Part shown: positions 50,413 through 63,094 of the stretch, piece after piece
How positions within the stretch are numbered: the first letter of the stretch is position 1
How the letters are laid out: every line of letters begins with the position of its first letter
Assembly: GCA_025980465.1 (NCBI GenBank)
Contig: JAICXJ010000009.1
Location: forward strand, 885-64,884
DNA from: Frankiales bacterium
GTDB lineage: Bacteria > Actinomycetota > Actinomycetes > JAFAQI01
Reading direction: 5' to 3'
DNA length: 64,000 nucleotides
Position numbers and translations under genes: made by a program
The notes under the pieces: model-generated
Database searches by the model: none
The model's input: only the letters and a program-made list of their open reading frames with translations
What the model was told of the DNA's origin: nothing

Positions 50413-52056
50413 GTGGCGTTGGTAGCGTCGCCGGTTGTAAAGACCGACCGTTTGCGTCATCGCCTCCGACGGGACGCCGCGCGTGCCCTCGCTCGACCCG
50501 GCTGCGCCCTCGCCGCCGGCGTCGCCATCTGGGCCTCGTTCCCGCCGCTGTCGCTCTGGCCGCTGGCGATCTGCGGCGTCGCCGGGCTCACGCTGACCCT
50601 GCGGGGGAGCAGCAAGCGGGTCGCAGCCGGCCTGGGCATGCTGGCCGGTCTCGGGCTGTGGGTGCCACTCATGAGCTTCCTGCGGCTGTCCTTCGGGTTC
50701 GAGGCATGGGCCGCCGTCGCCGTGATCGAGTCGCTGTGGTTCCTCGGGCTCGCGCTCGCGCTGCGGGTCGTCCTGCGGGCCCGCTGGTGGCCACTGACCA
50801 GCTCCCTGTTGTGGGTGGGGCAGGAGTTTCTGCGGGACCGGTGGCCGTTCGGCGGCCTTCCGTGGGGGCGGCTGGCCTTCGGTCAAGCCGGCAGCCCGCT
50901 CGTGCACCTCGCCGCGGTTGCAGGAGCGCCGCTGGTGAGCTTCGCGGTCGCCCTTTCCGGCGCAGCTCTCGCCTGGGTCCTCCTCGCCCGCAGGCGGCGC
51001 CGCGGCGCCGCAGCGGCCATCGTGGGGCTCGCGGCGCTGCTCGCCGGCCCGCTGGCGATCCAGCTGCCGACTGCCGGCACCTCGCGACACGGCGCCCCAA
51101 GCTCAACGGTGGTCGCGGCCGTCCAGGGGAACGTGCCGCGGCTGGGGCTGGCGGAGTTCGCCCAGAAGCGAGCGGTCACCGAGTACCACCTGGCCGAAAC
51201 CCGGGTCCTCGCCGCCGCCGTCGCGGCCGGCCGGCTGCCCCGGCCGGACCTGGTGATCTGGCCCGAGAACGCCTCCGACCTCGACCCCACGACCGACCCG
51301 ATCGCCCGCGCCGTCATCGACAGTGCCGCCGCCGCGGTCCGGGTGCCGATCCTGGTCGGGGCGGTGCTGGACGGACCCGGGCCGAGCCATGTGCGCAACG
51401 CCGCGATCGTCTGGTCGCCCACCACCGGGCCGGGGCAGACCTACGTCAAGCGGCACCTGGTGCCGTTCGGGGAGTACCTGCCGTGGCGTAGCTTGCTGCT
51501 CAAGCTCAATGGCAAGTTCTCGTTGATTTCCAAGGACTTTGCCGCGGGCCATGCGGCTGGAACACTGCATATCGGGGCGATCACCGTCGCCGACACGATC
51601 TGCTTCGAGATCGCCGACGACACCGTCGTGCGGCAGGCGGTCACGGGCGGCGGCCGGTTGCTCGTCGTACAGACCAACAACGCTGACTACGAGCGGAAGG
51701 GCGACAGCGGGAACGGGGGAGAAACCGCCCAGCAACTCGACATCGCCCGGCTTCGGGCGGTTGAGAGCGGCCGGGCGGTCGTGGTCGCGGCCACCAGCGG
51801 CGTGAGCGCGATGATTTCCCCCGACGGCAAGGTGCTGGCCCGGACCGGGGTGTTCACCCCGGCGATACTCGACCTTCGGTTGCCGCTGCGCGACCCGCTC
51901 ACCATCGCCGACCGGGTCGGAGCCTGGCCGGAATGGGTCCTCAGCGCCGCGGGGCTGCTCGGGCTGGGAATCGTCGTCGCAGCAGGCCGCAGGAAACGCC
52001 CGCCGGTCACCCTCAAGCCGGAGTCGAGGGTGGAGCCGTCAGCAGTCGCCAGTTAG
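50413..52056 (+). CDS. lnt: Apolipoprotein N-acyltransferase
   Basis: PFGGLPW, QGN, WPEN, YVKRHLVPFGEY, ICFE, QTNNA, RAVE; start approximate. Confidence 0.94.
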   Translation: MALVASPVVKTDRLRHRLRRDAARALARPGCALAAGVAIWASFPPLSLWPLAICGVAGLTLTLRGSSKRVAAGLGMLAGLGLWVPLMSFLRLSFGFEAWAAVAVIESLWFLGLALALRVVLRARWWPLTSSLLWVGQEFLRDRWPFGGLPWGRLAFGQAGSPLVHLAAVAGAPLVSFAVALSGAALAWVLLARRRRRGAAAAIVGLAALLAGPLAIQLPTAGTSRHGAPSSTVVAAVQGNVPRLGLAEFAQKRAVTEYHLAETRVLAAAVAAGRLPRPDLVIWPENASDLDPTTDPIARAVIDSAAAAVRVPILVGAVLDGPGPSHVRNAAIVWSPTTGPGQTYVKRHLVPFGEYLPWRSLLLKLNGKFSLISKDFAAGHAAGTLHIGAITVADTICFEIADDTVVRQAVTGGGRLLVVQTNNADYERKGDSGNGGETAQQLDIARLRAVESGRAVVVAATSGVSAMISPDGKVLARTGVFTPAILDLRLPLRDPLTIADRVGAWPEWVLSAAGLLGLGIVVAAGRRKRPPVTLKPESRVEPSAVAS

Positions 52057-52403
52057 GCCGACTTCCGCGACTTCGGCGCGGGGTGCAGCTCGGCCAGCCG
52101 CTCGTTGAGGACGTCCTCGAGGTCATCGATAGACCGCCGCTCGAGCAGCATGTCCCAGTGCGTCCTGGCCTGCTTGCCGACCTTCGCCGCCGGCGCCTCG
52201 ACGTCACGCTGCACGGCGGGAGCGCCACAGGTCCGGCATTCCCAGCTCGCCGGCACCTCGGCGTCGAGCGCCATCGGCATCCGGGTCTCGTGGCCCTCCG
52301 GGCAGTCGAAGATGACCTCACGCCGCGGCGCAAGATCGGTATTACGGTCGGTCTCGTAACTTGTGGTTCCGAGGCGGCTGCCCCGTAGGACGCGCTCACC
52401 CAT
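52053..52403 (-). CDS. rbpA: RNA polymerase-binding protein RbpA
   Basis: RVLRGSRLG, CPEGH, WECRTCG, RTHWDMLLERRS. Confidence 0.97.
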   Translation of the reverse strand: MGERVLRGSRLGTTSYETDRNTDLAPRREVIFDCPEGHETRMPMALDAEVPASWECRTCGAPAVQRDVEAPAAKVGKQARTHWDMLLERRSIDDLEDVLNERLAELHPAPKSRKSA

Positions 52404-52438
52404 GTCCGCCTCCTGGCAGTTGCGGCGTTCGTTGGCAT

Positions 52439-52466
52439 AACGCCGTTCGTTAGTACGTCGATTCCC
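52439..52466 (-). promoter_or_regulatory. SigR/SigH-type promoter for rbpA
   Basis: Minus strand GGGAAT-N18-CGTT; rbpA is an established SigR target in Streptomyces. Confidence 0.7.
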
Positions 52467-52625
52467 GGATCCGCGGTTCATACCCACCGGCCGGCGACCT
52501 GCTGTCCGGTAGGTGTAGGTGTAGCCCACCTACCTGAACAGACGCTGGGACGCCGGGGATGGTTGACCGGTTCACATCACGGTTGCGCAACGCGCCGGTT
52601 CCATCGGTTCTCAGCATTCTAGTCT

Positions 52626-52653
52626 GACGCCGATAATGGACATTATGTCAGGT
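52626..52653. other. dif: dif site (XerCD chromosome dimer resolution)
   Basis: GACGCCGATAA-TGGACA-TTATGTCAGGT, an 11-6-11 layout matching dif (E. coli GGTGCGCATAA-TGTATA-TTATGTTAAAT); intergenic; gene orientation converges here. Confidence 0.88.
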
Positions 52654-52878
52654 CTACCATATCGGGCCGAAGGTGAAGGGATCCCCCGCAGACGGGCCAG
52701 GATTTCGACCCAGGGTCGCTCCGGGCGGCACCCCCGGCCACTCCACAGTCTCAGGTCGCGCAGAACTCATTCACAGTTCGCCGCGATTCGCTATACGGAA
52801 TTCGTCCGGTCGTGCCGACACTGGATGTACCGGCGCGATCCGGCGTCGGAAGGAACGCACAGAAAGAGGGGCACAACG

Positions 52879-53085
52879 ATGTGCCTGCACCACCCGACTT
52901 GCCCGTCGGCCGATGCCGCTGACCGCGACGCCGCCCGCGTGGTCGCGAGTCACCCCGAGCAGGGCTGGAGCCTGCTCTGCAACGGCGTTGTCAGTTTCGA
53001 CGACGCGGGGGACCTACTTCCGGATGGAAGCGTGATCCCGCCGCAGCAGCGGCAGCCGCACGACCACCACCTCCCCGCCGCGTAG
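52879..53085 (+). CDS. DUF5999-like small protein
   Basis: MCxHxPxCP...HPEQGWSLLCNGVVSFDDAGDLLPDG; GAGGGG RBS. Confidence 0.85.
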   Translation: MCLHHPTCPSADAADRDAARVVASHPEQGWSLLCNGVVSFDDAGDLLPDGSVIPPQQRQPHDHHLPAA

Positions 53086-53091
53086 GGCTCG

Positions 53092-55935
<2,844 letters not shown>

Positions 55936-56039
55936 TGGAGCCTCCTCGAGTCCGTCCCAAACCGGGCGGGACGGTGCGGGTCGATCCGCATCGCGGACCT
56001 GACCAGTCGGACGATCCGCCCTTGGGCGGATCGAAGGCT

Positions 56040-56250
56040 CCCCCTCTGTCTACGAACCTGAGAGTGTCCCCCGCCGTAGCGGACCCACTGCGGGTCCGCC
56101 GGGCGAGCTTGCCCCGTCGGTGAGGCGTCGAACGACGCCTGCTCTCCAGAGTGCCCTGCCCGCGCGGTCCGTCTGCCTGAGAGGTTCCGGGGAGGTTGCT
56201 CCTTCGGCGCCCCGGACTGGCGTGCCGGGGACTCTCCCACGCGGGGTGAT
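56040..56250 (-). promoter_or_regulatory. Tandem glycine riboswitch
   Basis: Minus strand GGGAGAG..CGCCGAAGGAGCAA..CTCTCAGGC..GGAC, then CTCTGGAGAG..CACCGACGGGGCAA..CTCTCAGGT..GACAGAG; upstream of gcvP. Confidence 0.95.
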
Positions 56251-56341
56251 CAGGCTACTTGACGGTATCAGTGACGGCCGCCAGATCGGGCCGTGGAACG
56301 CCGGAAACGCCGCGCTGAGCGCCTCGTAGCGCCGCGATCGG

Positions 56342-56920
56342 CTAGGCGGGGGTACGACGCTTGCGGCGGGCCGCCAATTCGTCTGCAGCGTCCGCTGAGA
56401 GGCCCGTACCGGGTTCGGCGCGCTCGGCCGGGAGCTCGGCAAGGCTGCCCTCGACCTCGCTCACCACCCGGCCGACGGCGATCCCGAAGACCCCCTGGCC
56501 GCCCTGCACCAGGTCGACGACCTCGTCGGGAGAGGTGCAGGCGTAGACCGTGGTGCCGTCGCTCATCAGCGTGACATCGGTCAGGTCCGCTTCGCCGGCC
56601 TCCCGAAGATGAGTGACGGCGAGCCGGATGTTCTGCAACGAGACGCCGGTGTCGAGCAGCCGCTTGACGACCTTGAGCAACAGGATGTCGCGGAAGGAGT
56701 ACAGCCGCTGGGTCCCGGAGCCCGACGCCGGACGCACCGAGGGCACTACGAGGCCGGTGCGGGCCCAGTAGTCGAGTTGGCGATAGGTGATCCCGGCGAC
56801 TGTGCACGCGGTGGGTCCTCGGTAGCCGACCGGGTCGCCGCCGGCCTGTTCCATGCCGAACAGCGCAGGCTGCGTTGCGCGCGTGCCGGGGTCTTTGCTA
56901 CCTGACTCGTCGCCCGTCAC
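56342..56920 (-). CDS. MerR-family regulator (Rv1830-like)
   Basis: GYRGPTAC..GITYRQLDYWART, GSGTQRLYSF, EVVDLVQGGQGVFGI. Confidence 0.92.
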   Translation of the reverse strand: MTGDESGSKDPGTRATQPALFGMEQAGGDPVGYRGPTACTVAGITYRQLDYWARTGLVVPSVRPASGSGTQRLYSFRDILLLKVVKRLLDTGVSLQNIRLAVTHLREAGEADLTDVTLMSDGTTVYACTSPDEVVDLVQGGQGVFGIAVGRVVSEVEGSLAELPAERAEPGTGLSADAADELAARRKRRTPA

Positions 56921-57063
56921 GTGCCCTCCGAACCGCGCCGATCCCGCCGCCACCGAGGTAAACGCCATCGATGGAATTCCGTGGCTGACGGTAGGAGCCT
57001 GGCCGGTAGGCGTCAATGACAGATTCAGGCGCGTCCTAGATCTCGATGTCTAGTCGAGACTTT

Positions 57064-57537
57064 TTATGAGTCGCCCGTCTCAAAGTCCTCAGGAGATATC
57101 TGGTCGAGGAACTCCCGGAAGCGTTCGACCTCGGTCTCCTGCTCGTCGGCGATCGCGATCCCAGCGGTGTCGAGAACGGACTCCTCGGCGTAAATGACCG
57201 TCCCCACCCGGATCGCGAGCGCGATCGCGTCTGACGGCCGCGCCGACACGGCGGTGCCGTCCTGAAACTTTAGATCCGCGTAGTAGACGCCATCGCGCAG
57301 ATCGGTGATCAGGACTGCGTCGAGCTGGGCGCCGAGCGCCTCGAGGACGTCCTTGAGCAGGTCGTGGGTCAGTGGGCGGGCGGGCACGATCCCCTGCTGC
57401 GCGAAGGCGATCGCGGTGGCCTCGACCGCGCCGATCCAGATCGGCAGGTAGCGGTCGCCGGCTGACTCTTTGAGCAGCACGATCGGCTGGTTGGACGGAA
57501 GCTCGACTCGGACGCCGACGACGGTGAGTTCGTTCAC
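57064..57537 (-). CDS. Bifunctional nuclease family protein (DUF151)
   Basis: RYLPIWIG, RPLTHDL, ARPSDAIA. Confidence 0.92.
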   Translation of the reverse strand: MNELTVVGVRVELPSNQPIVLLKESAGDRYLPIWIGAVEATAIAFAQQGIVPARPLTHDLLKDVLEALGAQLDAVLITDLRDGVYYADLKFQDGTAVSARPSDAIALAIRVGTVIYAEESVLDTAGIAIADEQETEVERFREFLDQISPEDFETGDS

Positions 57538-57614
57538 ACCCTCACTCCGCTCCGACTCGTGCTGGCTGTGCTGCGAACCTACACCGCGATCCGGCAGCGG
57601 AGGCTCGCGATCAC

Positions 57615-58352
57615 TCAGCCGCCGAGTTGGGGTCGAAGCCCTGCCCGCACCAAGGTGGCGTGCAGCCGCACTGACAGGCTGGCCAGCTCGCGCGCGACCT
57701 CGTCGGCGCGGCCCCGGGCCTCGGGATTGCGCTGGCGAACCAGCGGCGCCACGACCTGTTCCACCAACCCCAGCTCGCGCTCGGCGGTCGTCCGAAACGA
57801 TCGCAGGTGACGAGGCTCGAGCCCGAAGCGGCTCATCTGCGCCACGGTCTTGGCGATGACCAGCGCGTCACCGTCGTAGTGACCCCCCGGCCGCGGGCTG
57901 ATCAGGCCGAACGATTCGATCTGGTTCAACTGCTCGGCCTCGATGCCGGCTGCCTGAACGAGCTCATCCCGCGACAGCCGGAGCTCGGAGGGCTCCGGCA
58001 GGAAGTCGTCCGCGTGTGGCAGGCCATCAGCCTCCTCCCCCGCACTGACCGGCACCTGCGGTCCGCTCTGGCCCGCCACCGCCGGCTGCAGACCGCGGTC
58101 GATCGCTTCAAGGTGGGACTTGATCACCCGCAGCGGCAGGTAGTTGTCGCGCTGTGCGGCGAGCACGTAACGGAGCCGGCCGACGTCATCGCGGCTGAAC
58201 TTGCGGTAGCCCGAGGACGTGCGAGCCGGCTCCACCAGACCTTCCGCCTCGAGGAACCGGATCTTCGAGATCGTCACGTCCGGAAATTCGCCGCGCAGCT
58301 GCCCGAGGACCTCGCCGATGCTCATGAAGGCGTGGGAGGCGCTGGTGCTCAT
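57615..58352 (-). CDS. MerR-family regulator (FtsR/Rv1828-like)
   Basis: MSIGEVL..FPDVTISKIRFLE, SGYRKF, QRDNYLPL, GLEPRHLR. Confidence 0.92.
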   Translation of the reverse strand: MSTSASHAFMSIGEVLGQLRGEFPDVTISKIRFLEAEGLVEPARTSSGYRKFSRDDVGRLRYVLAAQRDNYLPLRVIKSHLEAIDRGLQPAVAGQSGPQVPVSAGEEADGLPHADDFLPEPSELRLSRDELVQAAGIEAEQLNQIESFGLISPRPGGHYDGDALVIAKTVAQMSRFGLEPRHLRSFRTTAERELGLVEQVVAPLVRQRNPEARGRADEVARELASLSVRLHATLVRAGLRPQLGG

Positions 58353-58861
58353 CACGCCCCAGCCGGGTAGCTGGTGAAGAACAGCAGCCGGAACTTCCCC
58401 ACCTGCACCTCGTCGCCGTTACCGAGCGGCGCCGACTCGATTCGCTCCCGGTTGAGGTACGTGCCGTTGAGGCTGCCGGTGTCGGCCACGACATAGCCGT
58501 CCGCGGTCCGAGTAAATGTTGCGTGGTGACGCGACACGGTGACGTCGTCGAGGAAGATGTCGCTGTCGGGGTGCCGGCCGGCGGTCGTCACCTCCTGGTC
58601 GAGCAGGAATCGGCTGCCGGCGTTGGGTCCTCGCTGCACGACGAGAAGCGCGAAACCGGCCGGAAGCGACTCGCCGAGCAGTTCACCGGCCAGGTCGTCA
58701 TGTTCGTCGACCTCGACGCCGGCAAGCGAGAGCGTGCTGGTCTGGTCCGCAGACACGGCCGCGGCGCCCCCGGCGCCGGAAAGCGCGGTCCCGCACCGCG
58801 AGCAGAACCTGGAGTCGCCCGGATTCTGGTTTCCGCACTCGGGACAGAAGACGCTGGGCAT
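58352..58861 (-). CDS. FHA domain protein (GarA/OdhI-like) with N-terminal Zn ribbon
   Basis: CPECG..FCSRCG; GRHPDSDIFLDDVTVSRHH, SLNGTY. Confidence 0.92.
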   Translation of the reverse strand: MPSVFCPECGNQNPGDSRFCSRCGTALSGAGGAAAVSADQTSTLSLAGVEVDEHDDLAGELLGESLPAGFALLVVQRGPNAGSRFLLDQEVTTAGRHPDSDIFLDDVTVSRHHATFTRTADGYVVADTGSLNGTYLNRERIESAPLGNGDEVQVGKFRLLFFTSYPAGA

Positions 58862-59047
58862 CGGGTGGTTCGCCTACTTCCCGGTGGCTCGTTCCGTGGT
58901 CCGGGTGGACTTCGGTGGCCTAGCGCCTGCTAGATGAAACCTCAACCACAGGTCTAGGGCAGGCACACGCTAGAGCCACGGCCGACACTGGTCAACCCGA
59001 CAGGTAAGCGGGCTGGCGCCGAGCCGTGAAAGCGGCCGGGGCCTGGT

Positions 59048-59434
59048 TCAGGAGCCGGCGTCGATGAGCGCCTGGTACGCCGCGGCATCGAGCAAGCCAT
59101 CCGCAGCACCCTGCTCGATCGGCTTGATCGCGACGATCCACCCCGAGCCGTAGGCGTCGCTGTTCACCAGGTCCGGCCGGGTCTCGAGCTCCTCGTTGCG
59201 GGCGACCACCTCGCCGGCGAACGGGGCGTAGATCTCCGACACGCTCTTCGTGGACTCGACCTCGCCGAGCACCGACCCGGCCGCGACGGTCGCGCCGATC
59301 TCGGGCAGCGCCACGAAGACGATGTCGCCGAGCGCCTCCTGAGCGAAGTCCGTGATGCCGACTCGCACCGCACCGTCGGCCTCGGTGCGCGCCCACTCGT
59401 GCTCGGTCGTGTAGCTCAGATCCTCCGGTACCAC
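59048..59434 (-). CDS. gcvH: Glycine cleavage H protein
   Basis: HEW, GITDFAQEALGD, lipoyl motif VESTKS. Confidence 0.96.
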   Translation of the reverse strand: MVPEDLSYTTEHEWARTEADGAVRVGITDFAQEALGDIVFVALPEIGATVAAGSVLGEVESTKSVSEIYAPFAGEVVARNEELETRPDLVNSDAYGSGWIVAIKPIEQGAADGLLDAAAYQALIDAGS

Positions 59435-59483
59435 GTCGCTCGCTCCCGCTCGTCGACTGCTTCGGCCCACTGCTGGCGGGAGC

Positions 59484-60059
59484 CTAACGTGCGAGCACGC
59501 GGCGTTCCTCGACCAGGTACAGCCAGCCCGACCACAGGTAGAGCGCTGCGCCCCAGCCGGTGAAGGCCCAGGCGAGCGGCCGCATCACGTGCCCGAGCGT
59601 GTTGTCACCCACGGAGAGCAGCAGACCAGGGAACGCGTAGAGCAGATTGAGCGTGGCCGCCTTGCCGAGGAAGTGCACCGGCGGCGGCCCGTGACCTGCG
59701 CGCCGAAGAGCCACCAGCCCGCCGGAGAGGACCAGATCTCGGCCGACCAGGACCGCGGCGAGCCAAATCGGAATGATCCCCCGCGCCGTCAGCGCGGCGA
59801 GCGTCGCCAGGATGTAGAGCCGGTCGGCCGCCGGGTCGAGCAGCTCGCCGACCCGGCTAGTCAGGTTGAACCGTCGGGCGATCTTGCCGTCCGCGTAGTC
59901 GGAGAATCCGGCGAGCATCAGCACGATCACCGCCCAGCCGTCCGCATGCCGCCCGAGCGCGAGCCAGAGGAAGACTGGCACCCCCACCAGACGCAGTGCC
60001 GACAGCAGGTTCGGGACCGTCCACACCCGGTCGCTCGCCGGGGCCGGTCCCGTGCTCAT
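59484..60059 (-). CDS. CDP-alcohol phosphatidyltransferase
   Basis: TVPNLLSALR, DYADGKIARR...GELLDPAAD. Confidence 0.93.
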   Translation of the reverse strand: MSTGPAPASDRVWTVPNLLSALRLVGVPVFLWLALGRHADGWAVIVLMLAGFSDYADGKIARRFNLTSRVGELLDPAADRLYILATLAALTARGIIPIWLAAVLVGRDLVLSGGLVALRRAGHGPPPVHFLGKAATLNLLYAFPGLLLSVGDNTLGHVMRPLAWAFTGWGAALYLWSGWLYLVEERRVLAR

Positions 60060-60137
60060 CGAGCGGAGTCTAGAGAGGCGCGATCACATCCTTGACGACG
60101 TGGCGCGAGCGGCGCGCCCACTAGACTTCGCGGCCAG

Positions 60138-60211
<74 letters not shown>

Positions 60212-60265
60212 CGCACTGGCGGGGCTGCCGCTGTGAGCGGGCTAGCGCATATCGCGTCACCGGGC

Positions 60266-61615
60266 TCACCGGCGTCCCTTCGCCGCCTTCCGCGACTCCC
60301 TCGGCTTCACCACGAGCTGGATCGGCGTACCAGCGAAGCCGTACTGCTCGCGCAACCGCCGTTCGATGAAGCGCCGGTACGACGCCTCGAGCGGCCCGGT
60401 GGTGAAGAGCACGAAGCGAGGCGGCGCCACGCCTGGCTGGGTCGCGAACAGCACCTTCGGCTGCTTGCCACCGCGCACCGGCGGCGGCGTCGCCGCCACC
60501 AGCGCGCTGAGGAACGCGTTGAGCTCGCTGGTGGGGATTCGGGTCTCCCACGCCTCGAGAGCGGCCACGAGCGCCGGCGCGATCCGGCGCAGCCCGCGGC
60601 CGGTCCGTGCCGAGAGGTTGAGGCGAGCCGCCCAGCTGACCCGACCGAGTTCTCGCTCGATCTCTCGGTCGAGTCGCTCCCGCCGATCCTCATCGACCAG
60701 GTCCCACTTGTTCAGCAGCAGGACGAGTGCCCGACCCGCGTCGACGACCATGTCGGCGATCCGCAGGTCCTGATCGGTGATCGGCTCCGATGCATCCAGT
60801 AGCAGCAAGACGACCTCGGCCGCGTCGATCGCCGCGGAAGTTCGCAGGCTCGAGTAGTACTCGGCCCCCTTCGCCTCGTGCACCCTTCGCCGCAGGCCCG
60901 CGGTGTCGACAAACCGCCATGTCGTCTCATCGATCGTCACCATCGAGTCCACCGGGTCTCGCGTGGTGCCCGCCACTGCGTCGACTAGGGCGCGCTCAGC
61001 ACCCGACAGGGCGTTGAGCAGGCTGGACTTGCCGACATTGGGCTTCCCGACCAGGGCGACCCGGCGTGGCCCGACCGGCGCCGCACCCGGTGCCGGTGAC
61101 GCCGGCAGCGCCGCGACAATCGCGTCGAGCAGCTCGCCACTCCCCCGGCCGTGCAGCGCGCTGACCGCCAGCGGCTCGCCGACCCCGAGGCCCCACAACG
61201 CCGCCACCTCCGGTTCACTTGTCGACGAGTCGACTTTGTTGGCGGCGAGCACGACTGCCGGCGCCCGGCGTTGGAGCACCCGGGCGACCGCGGCATCGGC
61301 GTCGGTGATCCCGACCGTGGCGTCGACGACGAGGACGACGACGTCGGCAGCTTCAGCAGCAACCTCCGCCCCGGCGGCGATTCGAGCGGCCATGCCTTTG
61401 GCGTCCGGGAGCCAGCCGCCGGTATCCACGACGGTGAAGGTCCGTCCCGCCCACTCCGCCTCGTAGCTAACTCGGTCACGCGTGACCCCGGGGACGTCTT
61501 CGACGACCGCTTCGCGGCGGCCGAGCACTCGGTTCACCAGCGTCGACTTACCGACATTCGGACGGCCGATGACCGCCACGACCGGAATGGCCGTGGCCGA
61601 GCCTGGCTGGGTCAC
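60266..61615 (-). CDS. der: Ribosome biogenesis GTPase Der
   Basis: Two G domains ([16 protein letters not shown]; DTGG, DTAG; NKVD, NKWD) and a KH-like tail. Confidence 0.97.
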   Translation of the reverse strand: MTQPGSATAIPVVAVIGRPNVGKSTLVNRVLGRREAVVEDVPGVTRDRVSYEAEWAGRTFTVVDTGGWLPDAKGMAARIAAGAEVAAEAADVVVLVVDATVGITDADAAVARVLQRRAPAVVLAANKVDSSTSEPEVAALWGLGVGEPLAVSALHGRGSGELLDAIVAALPASPAPGAAPVGPRRVALVGKPNVGKSSLLNALSGAERALVDAVAGTTRDPVDSMVTIDETTWRFVDTAGLRRRVHEAKGAEYYSSLRTSAAIDAAEVVLLLLDASEPITDQDLRIADMVVDAGRALVLLLNKWDLVDEDRRERLDREIERELGRVSWAARLNLSARTGRGLRRIAPALVAALEAWETRIPTSELNAFLSALVAATPPPVRGGKQPKVLFATQPGVAPPRFVLFTTGPLEASYRRFIERRLREQYGFAGTPIQLVVKPRESRKAAKGRR

Positions 61616-62295
61616 GCTGCCCGGCCGGACTCGCCGCCGGTTGCCCGAAGGTGCTCGAGCAACTGGATACGAATCTGCTCGGCGGCGTCCGCGATCGTCG
61701 CCCGGGTGCGAGGATCGCCGCTGACCTCGAGCGAGAACGCCGGCCCGAACACCACCTGGATCGGCGCGCGGAAGCGCGGCAGCGCCTTGCCCTTGGGCAG
61801 CGCCGCCGCCGTTCCGGTGCAGACGACCGGCACGATCGGGCAGCGCCCGCCAAGTGCCAAGTAGCCGATCCCGTGCTGGATGATGGCCAGCTCGCCGGTC
61901 CCGCGGGTCCCCTCCGGGAAGACGCCGAGGACGCCGCCGCCGCGAAGCACGGCAAGCGCTCGATGCAGGTTCGTCCGGTCAGGGGTGCCGCGAATGATCG
62001 GGATCTGGCGGGCAAAGTTCAGGATCGGCCTGAATCCGGTGTCGTAGAGCTCGCTTTTGACCAAGAAGGCGGAGGGCCGCGACAGCATGATCATCACGAT
62101 CGGCCCGTCGAGGAAGCCGGAGTGGTTTCCGGCGAGGAGCACCGGCCCCGACGACGGTAGATGTTCCAATCCAACAAGTCTCAACCTGAACACGAGCCTC
62201 AACAGGAGTTGAGCAGCTCGTCGTGTGATCGCGAGCGGGATTGACTCTTTCGCCGGATCATCGACTCGCCGTAGCCTGCTCGTGGGCCGGGTCAT
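61612..62295 (-). CDS. Lysophospholipid acyltransferase (PlsC-like)
   Basis: NHSGFLD, VFPEGTR. Confidence 0.92.
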   Translation of the reverse strand: MTRPTSRLRRVDDPAKESIPLAITRRAAQLLLRLVFRLRLVGLEHLPSSGPVLLAGNHSGFLDGPIVMIMLSRPSAFLVKSELYDTGFRPILNFARQIPIIRGTPDRTNLHRALAVLRGGGVLGVFPEGTRGTGELAIIQHGIGYLALGGRCPIVPVVCTGTAAALPKGKALPRFRAPIQVVFGPAFSLEVSGDPRTRATIADAAEQIRIQLLEHLRATGGESGRAA

Positions 62296-62963
62296 GAGAC
62301 AACCTCCGCGACCTGGCCCACAATCACCGCGATGACCTCGTCGGCCGACAGTGAGCTGGTGTCGACGACCACCGCGTCCGGGGCCTGGGTCAGCGGGGAC
62401 GCCGCCCGTGATGAGTCGGCTTGATCGCGGCGGATCAGCTCCGCCTCGGTGCCGGCAACCGCCTCCGCGCCCTGGCCGTCCTGGCTGGCACGTCGCCGCG
62501 CCCTGGTTGCCGGGTCGGCCGTGAGATAGACCTTCACCGGCGCATCAGGCGCCACTGTGGTGCCGATGTCCCGCCCCTCGACCACGATGCCGCCGGCGCC
62601 GATCAGGTCACGCTGGCGCGCAACCATCACTAGGCGCACTCCCGGCACTGCACTGACCGCGCTCACCGCGGCAGTCACCTTGCGGGTACGGACCTGATCG
62701 GTGACATCGGTCCCGTCGATCGCGATCCGGGGCGCTGCCGGGTCCGGCGTGATCGAGAGCTCGGCAGCCTCCGCCAGCGCCGTCAACGCTGCACCGTCGG
62801 CCAACCCCACGCCGCGCTCCAAGGCCAGCCACGTGACCGATCGGTACATCGCACCGGTGTCGAGGTAGCGCAACCCGAGCGCTACCGCGGTCCCTCGCGC
62901 GACGGTGGACTTTCCCGACCCGGACGGCCCGTCGATGGCGACGACGAGATTGCGCCGCTGCAC
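62292..62963 (-). CDS. cmk: Cytidylate kinase
   Basis: AIDGPSGSGKST, LDTGAMYR, EGRDIG. Confidence 0.96.
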   Translation of the reverse strand: MQRRNLVVAIDGPSGSGKSTVARGTAVALGLRYLDTGAMYRSVTWLALERGVGLADGAALTALAEAAELSITPDPAAPRIAIDGTDVTDQVRTRKVTAAVSAVSAVPGVRLVMVARQRDLIGAGGIVVEGRDIGTTVAPDAPVKVYLTADPATRARRRASQDGQGAEAVAGTEAELIRRDQADSSRAASPLTQAPDAVVVDTSSLSADEVIAVIVGQVAEVVS

Positions 62964-63094
62964 CGGACCTCCTCGCGGTTTCACTGGCCGGGCAGAGTCT
63001 AGGCCTCCGGCGCTCGGGACCCTCCCCACGCTGCGCGAACCGGTCCGGCCTGAGCGTGAATGAGGCGCTCAGAGCCGACTTGTCGATATGACGA

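Noticed and set aside
49865-50425. 186-aa ORF spanning the lnt upstream region
   Set aside because: No motifs or RBS, atypical composition, and it crosses a promoter and RNA helices; treated as non-coding.
51495-51530. Extra CTCAA..GTTGA-like site in an AT-rich lnt patch
   Set aside because: Three or more mismatches or wrong spacing; too weak to count without a PWM.
52636-52878. N-terminal extension of the DUF5999-like ORF
   Set aside because: Its ATG lies inside dif; the family-like sequence and RBS begin at 52879.
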